64,000 bases of DNA, from contig NW_019091359.1 in NCBI RefSeq assembly GCF_001949145.1, forward strand, positions 3,894,460 to 3,958,459, written 5' to 3'. How positions within the stretch are numbered: the first letter of the stretch is position 1; each line of letters starts with the position of its first letter. Below, piece after piece: positions 15,401 to 27,400 of this stretch. Below the pieces are notes generated by a model. The model searched no databases, had not been told where the DNA came from, and was given only the letters and a program-made list of their open reading frames with translations. Origin of the DNA: Acanthaster planci. Taxonomy: Eukaryota. The position numbers and the translations under genes were made by a program.

Positions 15401-18400
15401 CTGTCAGCGGTAGTATGGTACTTGCTCACCCCAAGGCGACGAAAATCACCCAACTGTTCACACACAATCATGTCTGGCATAGTCTTCTTTTTCTATTCCA
15501 AAGGTTTATCAATCTGTGTAATTATATCACACTTGCTGTTACTGATGACAGGTCAGGAAAGACGCCGAGTGTAGATTACTACGTCTGCCTGCTCTATGCT
15601 GTGTTTTCAGTGAGTGGGTGTGAGCATTTGAACATTTCAAAGGTTTATTTATAAATTGCAAGATGATAATAACAATATTGGATATTGTGGGTTTTTAGTG
15701 GAAACCAGTGTGGGTGTACACATTTGCCGGTACCGGTAGACCAGAGGAAGAAATTGTGTCTTGAAGGGGAATTGCAATAACTGGTTGACTGTGATCCATT
15801 GACACGGAGGTAGTCTGAGAACCAGTGCATACTCTGCACCAATGTTGTGAGTGGATACATTAACAAGAATCTGTAACCTTTTTTGTTGAAGGGAGAAGAG
15901 TGTCATTCTTAAATATACTGGTCATTTGAAGAAACCACACACAAGTGTTTTGTCTGATCTTCTCAGTAAGTAAAGTATTTTTAGTAGTAGGATTAATTTC
16001 AGCAATTATACCTACCCCATTTCGTTTTAACAAACCATATTCTGAAACCTAACCCACATGTGTCACTTTATTACAAGGATTACTTTACTGAAAATTACTG
16101 CCCTTAGTCTGTGATGGATCCTGTTTGTTGGAAATTGCACCTTTTGTTTACTGTCAAGTGTATACATGTACCAGACATCAATCCCTAATGTTAGCACTTA
16201 TTCCTACTGATGTCAACCCTTCACCTACCGGTACCTGCACCTGTATACTGGTACATGTGCAGTTGCCAATAAGCCTTTTGCGAGTTAACTTTGACCCAAA
16301 TCTGGTAAACTGAGTTCTTTAAATTCATGTGAACACAACAACTTGAATTCTCCTTAGTAAAACCACTGTTGCTATACCTCGTGATTTAGGGCAAGCTTTT
16401 GCTTAGTTACATGAGAGGGGCCTCGCAACAATACACTGTTCTCAATGGATAAGGCACAAAGAAACCTGTCCACTCCAGAGATGGTGGTTGCTATGCGAAA
16501 GCTTGCCCCGAATCACAAGGTAAAGCAACAGTGTCTTTAGTCTGGGGAATTCAAATTGTTATGTTTATGTGTAGTCAGATACATGTAACTCAGTGCACCA
16601 GATTTTGTTCAAATTTAACTTGCAAATGGCTTATTCCTATAGATGCTGGTCTCTCAACCTGGTAAATGCCTGATTCTTTAAAATGTGGTACTTACAATGA
16701 GTTGCTGTACTCTTTTGGGGGTTCAGAAAACACACCTAATGTACATGTACCTTTACAAGGCAGGCAGCGACCCCAAGTTGACAATGTTCAGACTTGTCTT
16801 TTTGATCTAGTAAAGGATTTGGGTGACTCACCCTCTTAGAATATCTTTACAACGATGTCCTAGTTAAAGTATTATACTTAATTCTTGGGTTAGAAGACAA
16901 CACGATTACAAAAATTAAGAGGCTAAACTTTACTGACAGTCATGGGTGACTATAGTATTCTGTGTACCTGGTGTATGGTCCTTGAGACAGTATGTTTGCA
17001 TACGTACAATGTACACATGTACAATACATAATATGCCGTTATGTTGACTTCATCCCAATTTTTTGTGTGTGCATGTTATTTAGCAGTTTTGACCTATAGT
17101 AAAGAATCACTCATTGTACGTACAAGTATCGTAGTTCACCTACATGTACCAAAATGTAATTACTGGTAATGTAGGGGTTACATGTACCGATACGTAGACC
17201 TCTATAAATAGCAGTTGATGGCACCTTTTAATAAGCTGAATTGAAAATAATGTTAGTTTTATTGAATCTTTGACAGTTTTGTTTTGAAATTGCCAAATTT
17301 CTCTTGCATTATAATTTTTTTGACATCTGAAGTCACTTCAATATCATATCAAACCACCACAGGTGACATCCATATCTAGCCATAGTGTACATGTATGTAC
17401 ATGTATACACCTACCGGTACATGTACGTGTGTGTGCATGTGCAGTACATGTAGTGGTACATGTACATGTTGTACATGTACATTGACTTCAGGTATATGGC
17501 TTAGTTGTGAAGGCCTGGTCTTTGTTTGTGGGAACCAAACGAAAAATTGAGGCGATTACAGCATGTATCCTTAATTCTAGCCTATAAAAGGGTTATTGTT
17601 GTAGACAAAATTGATTGTGTTACATGTACCTCCATGAGATCAATGACATTCAACCTCCATTTGATCTTCTCCTCTATGTATTATACGTGTAATAAACTTA
17701 ACATCCCCCATACAATACAGCGACCCTGTGCTTTTACATTGTGGATTGGATGAGTCCATTGTTTGTGTGGGTGGATTCTTCGAGTTGTGATTAGTCATGC
17801 TGTTTATACCTAGTACCTGAGTGGGATGTGGTTATTCAGTTCCCTGTGAGAGCTGGGTGCACATGTCTGTTTACTCTGTGCTGTGCTTGGCTTGGCTGGG
17901 TTGCTTGCTTGGAGCATGCTCCAGCTTACCATTTACTGGTACTGTTCCATTCAGAGCAGTTTAGCAGGAATATGACATGAAAGCAGACAGGTTTGTTTGA
18001 TTTTTACTGAAAGGTTGAATTCAGAGTGCCTTTTGATGTGCCAGTATACAGTACCATACCTCATCAATTGGATTGTTTACACTGACGTTCAGCACAGTAT
18101 GGAGAATACACATTGTTTCAGGATGTACATGTGTGCTTCATGAACATACATCACTTGGCAACAAGACTGAACTCTTGATGTGAAAAAAGATTTGTGGAGG
18201 TAATGCCATTTGCAACTTATATTTTCATTGTTAGTTAAAGTAGGATGATAATGTTCTTCAGGTGTGTGCTTTAATAATAATATTGTCATTTTTAGGAGCA
18301 CCACCTGCAGGTGCCTTCCATGTAGGCTTTTCCTATTGGATCCAGCATTGTTTTACAGGAAATGGTTCAAGAGTTCCAATTTCTGAGATGCTTTCCTATT

Positions 18401-21400
18401 TCATATTGGTGTGGAAGCTGCAAATGTCTTAACGTGTGCATTAAGAAATGCTACATTTACAGTGCATGTACGCACTGTTGATGCAACAGATGCGGAGCAT
18501 TCAAGGTGGTTACCAGTCCAAATTTAACTACTACATTTTGATGCTGAATAAGTTACATTTGTTACACTTGTAAACTGGCATGTGTATTTTCCTTTGAAAG
18601 TAGAGTCATACTTCTTAATTTATTTAATCTTTTAATGTTTGTATTTGAAAGAAGTTAATAGAATTTCCAGGAGTTTGGACAGTCATTGGAGAGACCTTGT
18701 TTGGCCCTTCTTTACTTTCTTATAATTACATGTATATACCTGGGGTACATGTACCGTATCCCCAGTACGCTANNNNNNNNNNNNNNNNNNNNNNNNNNNN
18801 NNNNNNNNNNNNNNNNNNNNNNNNNNNNNNNNNNNNNNNNNNNNNNNNNNNNNNNNNNNNNNNNNNNNNNNNNNNNNNNNNNNNNNNNNNNNNNNNNNNN
18901 NNNNNNNNNNNNNNNNNNNNNNNNNNNNNNNNNNNNNNNNNNNNNNNNNNNNNNNNNNNNNNNNNNNNNNNNNNNNNNNNNNNNNNNNNNNNNNNNNNNN
19001 NNNNNNNNNNNNNNNNNNNNNNNNNNNNNNNNNNNNNNNNNNNNNNNNNNNNNNNNNNNNNNNNNNNNNNNNNNNNNNNNNNNNNNNNNNNNNNNNNNNN
19101 NNNNNNNNNNNNNNNNNNNNNNNNNNNNNNNNNNNNNNNNNNNNNNNNNNNNNNNNNNNNNNNNNNNNNNNNNNNNNNNNNNNNNNNNNNNNNNNNNNNN
19201 NNNNNNNATACATGTACCGGTACATGCACTACCCACTGTACATGTACATGTCTAAAACTTCAGATTGTGTTCCTGACAATGATTATGAGCAGAGGCAAAT
19301 TTCCATTTCTTTGTTTGAAACCATTTTCTTTCCCCCTAAATCTGTACTACATGTATCCCCAACACCTGATTGATCACATTCTAGAAATTCCTCCCTGTTT
19401 ATTGGCTTGTTGGTGACTCATTCACTAATCAACCCATACAGCAATGATCCACTGTATTAAAAACCAGGTGCCCTGCAGCAAGTCACTGTACAACATACTG
19501 TACACCATACACTTGTACATACCTGGTGCTTTACATGTAAATCCTGTGTAAATGTACATGTACATTTATAATTTGCTTATCTCCAGCACTGCATGCAGTA
19601 AAGGTCTTGATATACTGTATTAAAGGGAATTGGGTACCCCAGGATTTTGTACAGGTGTGTTCTCCCAGGGTGTAACCATCTGCCTAATTAGGGCAATATC
19701 AGTTGAGTTCAGTTATGGCACATGTACCTAGCGGTAGTACATGAATGTTTGAGTTCAGTTATTTACATGTACATGTAGTGTGTTTTCACGGAGAATAGAG
19801 TAAACATACATGTACATGTACGGTATATATTGCAAAATTATACATTTACAGTCCATTAGAAAAGAAGTTTTTTCGTACTCTCAGTTAGATAAAGTATATA
19901 ATGATAGAGAAAATGAAGTTGAACATGTTTGTACACAACATACATGTACACGTTTTTAAAGCTAGTCAACCATACTGGTACCAGGTACATGTACAGTGGA
20001 ACGCCGTTATAACGAACACGACGGGGTCCACGCTAAATGTTCCGTACAGCAGTCGTTTGGTATATCGAAATTAACTGCCGAACGTTTCGTTGCCATGTTG
20101 AATAGCGCCCTCTCTTGTCTAACTGAAGTGCACCCTCTTGTGATACTATACGATTCGCTGTTTTCGTGATGTTTTGGCATTGCATTTACGTTTGAGGTTT
20201 CTAGAAATGTATCTGTTAATTATTTTTGTTTTTTCATGAAATCTTGAGTTACAAAATTGATATTTAATTTATCCTAAAAGTCGTGAAGCCACTGCTCAGG
20301 ATCGATCTCTGATGCATGCTGTGGTGAATTTCGGTTGATTTGCAACTGCATAATGTGTGGTAGGTTTTGTGCAAAAAATATTGGGAGCCAAGGACGATGT
20401 TTGGTACAGCCGAATGTTCGGTATAGCAGCGTTCCACTGTACATGTACTGGTACTCTGAGCATTGCATATTAAAAATGAAAATTTACTTCCTGCTTCAAT
20501 TTTTGAAGATGAAAGGCAGAATTGGCATATGATTTCACTCACAACTCAGGAAAGAACCTGTTGTGCCATGACAGTTACGGTACCTTACTATCCACGTACA
20601 TGTACTAGTTCATGTATACTACCAGTACATGCATACTGGTACCGGCATGTACATGTACTTTTACAGAACGATCTATGTATGTATGTCACACGTAGAGCTA
20701 TATGTATATAAACTAGAGTGCTAACTTCTCATTCTCTGTGCAGAGAAAATCTTCCGCCTACCTGGGCGCAGACATTTTGAATCCATGTGCGTGCTTGTAG
20801 AACATTCAAAATCAGGTAGCATTAACATCGAATGGTGCATTCTAAATGCAACCTGCAAGTACAATACGCGAACGTCAGTGAAACTTTTGAATTAAGAAGC
20901 ATGCATGTGCAGAGCAGTGGCACATATTAAATTTACATCCACAGCTGATTATTTTAAAATGAATGTTTCCCTAACATTCAAGCAAGGTCATCCATTGTTG
21001 TGTGTATGTCTTTCAATGGCTGTATTTTGATGAACAAGTTCAGCTAAATTAAACTGTCATTCGCCTAATTCAGTCAGTGTTATTAAAGTAAGTTTATGCC
21101 CCTGGAGTAGCAGCTGTTGCGGGCATCATGTACATGTACTGATAAAATCTGATTTAAAGTTGTGGCAAAATTCATGTACAGCACACACGCGCACGCGTTT
21201 GCATTTTTTTGGGGCAGAGCTCATTTACTGATTGTGCATTCAAGTTGTTTGCATATCGGCTTTGTTGACCGTGAAGTATTGTTTTTAGAATACAGATGCA
21301 GATATGCAAATAGCTGTACAAAAGTCATACAAAGTTTCAAGTTTTCCATAGGTTTGTGCACAACATACTTGTATTACGCTCTTCTCGTGTTTAACCGGCA

Positions 21401-24400
21401 GTTTCTGATTATGGAGGACGAAAAGTGGCCATCTGCTTTTCTGCTATCAGAATAGTAGAAAAGCATATTTTATGTTCTGGTAACATGCAATTTAGACTTC
21501 TGCCACCTCAAAAAGCAGAACAAACATTGTTTGGTTATGCATTTTTCTATTTTTCTGCTTCAAAAAAGAAGATTTTACTTTTTCTTTGTTCGCTGACGGC
21601 CGAAAAGTGGCCATCTGCTTTTCTTCTTTCGAACAGGCAAAAATGAGGATCAAACGTTTGACAGCAACCGTGAATTCTACTTTTTGCTTTTTTTGATACC
21701 GAAGAGCAATTTTACATAGGCGGCCGAAAAGTGGCCATCTGCTTTTCTTCCTTCCAGGGATCATGAACGGGGTTGTGAACCTCAGGTTATGACCATTTCC
21801 TTTCATGGGGATTGAAGACGTATAAACCAATAATTACAGTCCACCCTATCTTTTATAATGAAAGATTCACATGTTTTCCTTGGACCAAGCAAGCTTTTGT
21901 GTCTATACATGTAGCTGTAAAACTGTATTTCCTTTGGGATGCTGTTTTCTCTGCCTCACGGGGACACTGATACTGCCGTATGGGATTGGTCCGCAGAATA
22001 CATGGTTAAGCATTGGTTTCTTTACTTCTTCACTCCCCCCACAACGGAAATGGTGGTAACCTAGAGGTTCATGACCCCATTCACGGCCCATTGAGGACAG
22101 AAAAGCAGATGGCCACTTTTTGGCCACCTATGTACAATCCGCTTCTCCGGTATCACAAAAGCAGAAAAGTTGAATTCAATGTTGTCGTCAAAATGGTTCA
22201 ATCCACTTTCCTGCTTGTTTGACAGGTAAAAAGCAGATGGCCACTTTTTGGCCACCATCAAAAAGAGGAAAGTAAAACTACTTTTGTAGTAGCAGAAAAG
22301 TGGAAAAATGCATTACAATAAAATGGTCATTCTGCTTTTGAGGGAGCAGAAAAGTAGAAAAATCATAAATTGCATGTTACAAAGATGTATAATCAGCTTT
22401 TCTACTATTCTGATAGCAGAAAGGCAGATGGCCACTTTTCGTCCCCCATATTCTGATGCCAGAATTCTATAACTACCAGTACACCATTGCATTTGGTTAA
22501 AAATACTATAAGTTGGAATATTTGCCCTGCACGGTGCACAAAATAACTGCTTATACCTAAAAAATACTAAAACATTGTGATGCTTTAGTAGCTGTTTAAC
22601 CGTTGACAAGTGTATGTCAGCATACTGGTATTCCATGAAATTTCTGTGTTTGAAAACATTGCAAGACATACGTGTAAGCTAGAAATTTTCAGGGGTGAGA
22701 TTTGTTGGGGTTTTTTCATCAGGATTTTTCAAACAAACTACATGTATGGTATTTTGAAATCTAAAAGTCCCCCGTCCACCGTTTTGGTTTTCTTACACAT
22801 AACAGATGATACAAAACACAAGGAATGGGTATTTTAAGGGGTGCCTTCAAGCAAACATACATGTACCGTACATGTAGATTATACACAACTGTTGGGCCAT
22901 GATCAAACCTTTTTTTAACCATTTCTCAGTCAATTTCCCTCCAATCTTACCCTAATAGAATAAAATTCATTTTTTTGTTGACATTTTGTGCTTCGTCTTT
23001 TGCTCATTTAGGGTTTTAAGTAGCAGAGAGAGGTGACGTGTTCAGTTCTGTTTACGGATGACACTTTTCTTAATTCCCGGATAGAAGGGGTTAATGATAC
23101 CCGGTATTTACATGTACATGTACTGTATGTTTACTTACATTGTACATGTACATCGTACGAGTACATGCATGGACAAAACTTTCATTGTTTTATTGAAGCA
23201 GATGATATACATGTATTGTCCTTTTGTAATCACTTCATCTATCATCTGATGCAAACATTTTGTGTTCTTTAGCATGTTAGTTCCAGTTGATCGAGTTTGG
23301 TATGGTATGTTTGTACCAAAGTTATGGTATCGCTATTGCATGAAACTGTACATGGACATGTTACCGGTAGTTGATCGTGGAACTAAACAAAACCCAGTTT
23401 TCCTTAAGCTGTACTTTTTAAAATTTTGAATAAGCAAGACATGCCAATTTATGACAAATTAGTTGAAGAATTGAGTAATTAACAAATAGAGAAAAACTGT
23501 TGCTAGCAGATTCTCACCTTTGTGTGTTTGATTTTTTAATGTATTTTGTGCTTGACATTTGGTGTTTATATATAGGTAAATTTGCAATTCACCTTTCTAC
23601 ATGTATTTATCTAACACAAACAATGTAGATTCTTTGTATTTTATCAACCCTAAACCCGTTGGGATATATGTAAACTCATATTGAAATTGGAGGATTTGGG
23701 ACTGTTAGCGCTATAAGTAACTTAAAAGAAACAGTAATCAGTCACATTTTGCAACAAACACCAAAAAATGTTCACTTTCCTAGTTTTTCCTATTCTTGCC
23801 AATATGTACATGTACATGTGCAAGAATAACTACTTGAAGCCACAACCTTAGAGCACTTTAGTTTTTACAGATGTTTCAATCATTTTCTTCTGGTCATCCA
23901 GAAGTTCAGTCTTACTGGTATACAGAGCCTGTACATGGATATGAACTTCACAAAGCATGCACTAACTGCTAAGGTATTTGTTTACAACCAATCCTATCAA
24001 AGTATGAATCACTGTTTAAGTAGTACTTGGTTGAAAAAGAGAACAAGGAAACGACTTAAGACTGTGCAGTTGACCTTGTGGTTCCTGTCTGTATGCTGCA
24101 GACCAATTTATCCCCCAAGGATACATTCCTGGTGAGTGACACATTTTTTGTAGGTGTTTTACAAAGCACTCCAGATGCCCACTTGTCTGGGAATGGAAAA
24201 TAATGGGAATGGAAAATAATGGCTGGCGGACTGGTTGGCCTGTGCAAATATCTGTGTGTACTGTGCATTGCTTTTGATGGGAGAGTGGTTAGGGCCTGAG
24301 TCAGGTGGATGTATCTTGGGTCTAAGGGTCATAAGATAAAAGAATACCGCCCTAACCATTGATGGTGATAGAGCTATTTGGTAAATAGTCCAGCAAATTA

Positions 24401-27400
24401 GCTTGAAATGAGAAATACATGTACATGCATGTAGATCACTCAGTCCGGATTTGGCTGATGCACCCCCAGCAGTGAAATGATTTTCAAAGTGGAGGGGCCA
24501 GTTGTTAGACCATCAGGCATCAGCCATTAATAGCTTGATTCAGTGAGCCCCATCTAATTTTAGGACTTGCAAAAAGTGGGAAGGGGGGCAGGAGGGGACA
24601 GGTCCCCCCAGTGGGCTGATGTATATTATAACATGTATTGTGAACACATTTCATTGTCTACTTCTTGCCACAGAGCAATAGTGGCAAAGTGGACCAGTAC
24701 ATGTACACGTGTGTACTTGAAAGCTTTGGAGTAGAAGTCTGTCGGTATTAGTCTAAATGTATGTAACTTTGTTAGATCAATTGTCATACATACTGCGCAC
24801 GAGCTCAGTTTTCCGAGCACTAACCGAACACTGCCGAGCGACCCGAACTAGCACCTGAGGCTGAAGGCATGTGCAGTAAGTCCCATTTTGTTCACTTTAA
24901 GGGTGTGCTGAGTTCCTACATCAGGTGATCATTGCACGTACTTACCAACCTCAACTACATGGGCTTTGTGCGCGTTCGAATTAAGATCACTCAAGGCATT
25001 TTAGGCGCTATCCATTGTTTCTTCAGGGCATGTTATTGATGATGTGTACACCTGTACGGGTTTGTTGCCCTTTTTTCCTTTATTGCCTTTTAAAAGTGAA
25101 AGTCCTATCCTCATACATAAAGGCGGGTGTACATGTACATTAGGAACAGACATTCAATAAAGGCCCGCCCCCACTCCCCAGCATTGGTGACACTCAATTC
25201 TAACAAATTAATAATCACCAAAGTAAACACTCGTTTGTAAAGGTCTGGCAAGGGGCGAAGTTACAGTACTATCTTGCTGAATATTCAATAATGGTAGTGG
25301 CAAAGTCAAAGTCATTCCCCGATCTTCCAGTCTTTTCTGCATAATATTTCCTCGTACTAAGCGACTGCGCCAAATGAGGGACCAAAGCGTATGGCCTGTG
25401 TACGTGACTGGAAAAATCAGCACACCGGATAAATGAGATTGTTGCGGCAACCTGCTCATTTATCCGGCGTGTTGTTCTGAAAATCTGAGCATGCCAGAAA
25501 AATGAGACTGTTACACGGGTATGTGTGTGTCTCTTCTTGAGTACAAGGGCACACTTTCCATGTACTCGCACCAACAGGTGCACACGTTACCTGCAGGCTG
25601 TACTTAGCCATCAATTACAAAACAAATACATGTACACGTACCTTTACATGAAGTACATGAGATGAGTATTTGCATACATCACTACTCAAGTGCATTAGTA
25701 CACTGCAAATGGACATGCATGCAAATCCGAGCAATGCACATTTACATGTAAAATTTCATCTACATGCACATGTATACATGTATGTACAAACTTCATACTC
25801 ACTGGTACATTGACATGTTGTATAATGTGTTTACGTACATTTGGGTGTACATGTGTGTTCCTTGCTTGAGTATAAATGAATGCACATGTACACGGACGTG
25901 TACATGTACATGAAAATCTGGTGTACAGTGTACCGGTACTAGTACATGGAAACACTGTCCCTTGAATAGAGCTGGAGAATTCCACAATTTCTCTGCATGT
26001 GTAAATGACATCAGTCACACAGCATTCTTCAAACTCAGTCCGGCACACACAAGTTCAGAGCAGTGCAGTATGCATTGAATGGCATTTGTTTTTATGGGTG
26101 TGTGTTTCATTGCTCTTCACCTAGTATTTGCAGATAGATAACGCAGTTAACATACCTGCTTTGTAAATGTACGTGTAGCTTGAGTGACTTTTTTGGTGTA
26201 ATTCATAATCCTGGCTTGAAATCCTTCCAAAAGTGTAGTAGTAACCCTTGTTCTCAAAGTATATCTGTTTAGTATCATTTACTAATCCTTGTTAATTCTG
26301 GGAGGGGTACATGTACGATGTACATACTTTCTAAGTGCATATTGACATGTCTGTCATAGGCCTTTTGCACCAATGCATGCCTGCTGTACCCTAATAGGGT
26401 ACATGTACATGTACGTACATTACANNNNNNNNNNNNNNNNNNNNNNNNNNNNNNNNNNNNNNNNNNNNNNNNNNNNNNNNNNNNNNNNNNNNNNNNNNNN
26501 NNNNNNNNNNNNNNNNNNNNNNNNNNNNNNNNNNNNNNNNNNNNNNNNNNNNNNNNNNNNNNNNNNNNNNNNNNNNNNNNNNNNNNNNNNNNNNNNNNNN
26601 NNNNNNNNNNNNNNNNNNNNNNNNNNNNNNNNNNNNNNNNNNNNNNNNNNNNNNNNNNNNNNNNNNNNNNNNNNNNNNNNNNNNNNNNNNNNNNNNNNNN
26701 NNNNNNNNNNNNNNNNNNNNNNNNNNNNNNNNNNNNNNNNNNNNNNNNNNNNNNNNNNNNNNNNNNNNNNNNNNNNNNNNNNNNNNNNNNNNNNNNNNNN
26801 NNNNNNNNNNNNNNNNNNNNNNNNNNNNNNNNNNNNNNNNNNNNNNNNNNNNNNNNNNNNNNNNNNNNNNNNNNNNNNNNNNNNNNNNNNNNNNNNNNNN
26901 NNNNNNNNNNNNNNNNNNNNNNNNNNNNNNNNNNNNNTGTATATACCAACTGGAGATCCTGTCTGGGACCCACCTTCAGCCATTAGCAGTCCACTGAAAG
27001 TCATTCAAGTACACATACCCGGTATGGTCTACAGGTAAAACTATCGCTGCATGACTCATCGGTTCACACCCACAGTGCCTTGCTTCATTGAACAAGCCCG
27101 ACTGTTTCAATTTGCCTTGGACAATTTTTCACAAGGCAGGATAGTCCATGCGTGTAAAAAGACAAAAAAAAAGTGAATTTCCTTCAAAATTTCATCTCTC
27201 CTTCTTTATATTGTACCACTTGTGCCACGTTGCCAAGTGACAATTTGACGTCACAGAATCCTATTAAAATATGTGTCTTCCTTAAATTCTGTTTGCACAA
27301 ATTTTCTTGGTGTTTTCTTTTTCTTTTTTTTAGTCTTATTATGTGTACTAAGTAAGCACCGTTAGTACAAGTACTAGTACATGTACATGTACGTACCAGT

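Noticed and set aside
21410..22450. Repeated KWPSAF / AAAAGTGGCCATCTGC units as a CRISPR array or peptide repeat
   Set aside because: Repeats are inverted between arms, spacers are long and mutually homologous, the context is a eukaryotic intron, and no cas genes are present.
8450..27038. Long ORFs at 8450-9154, 18686-19416 and 26275-27038
   Set aside because: They are open only because they span N gaps.
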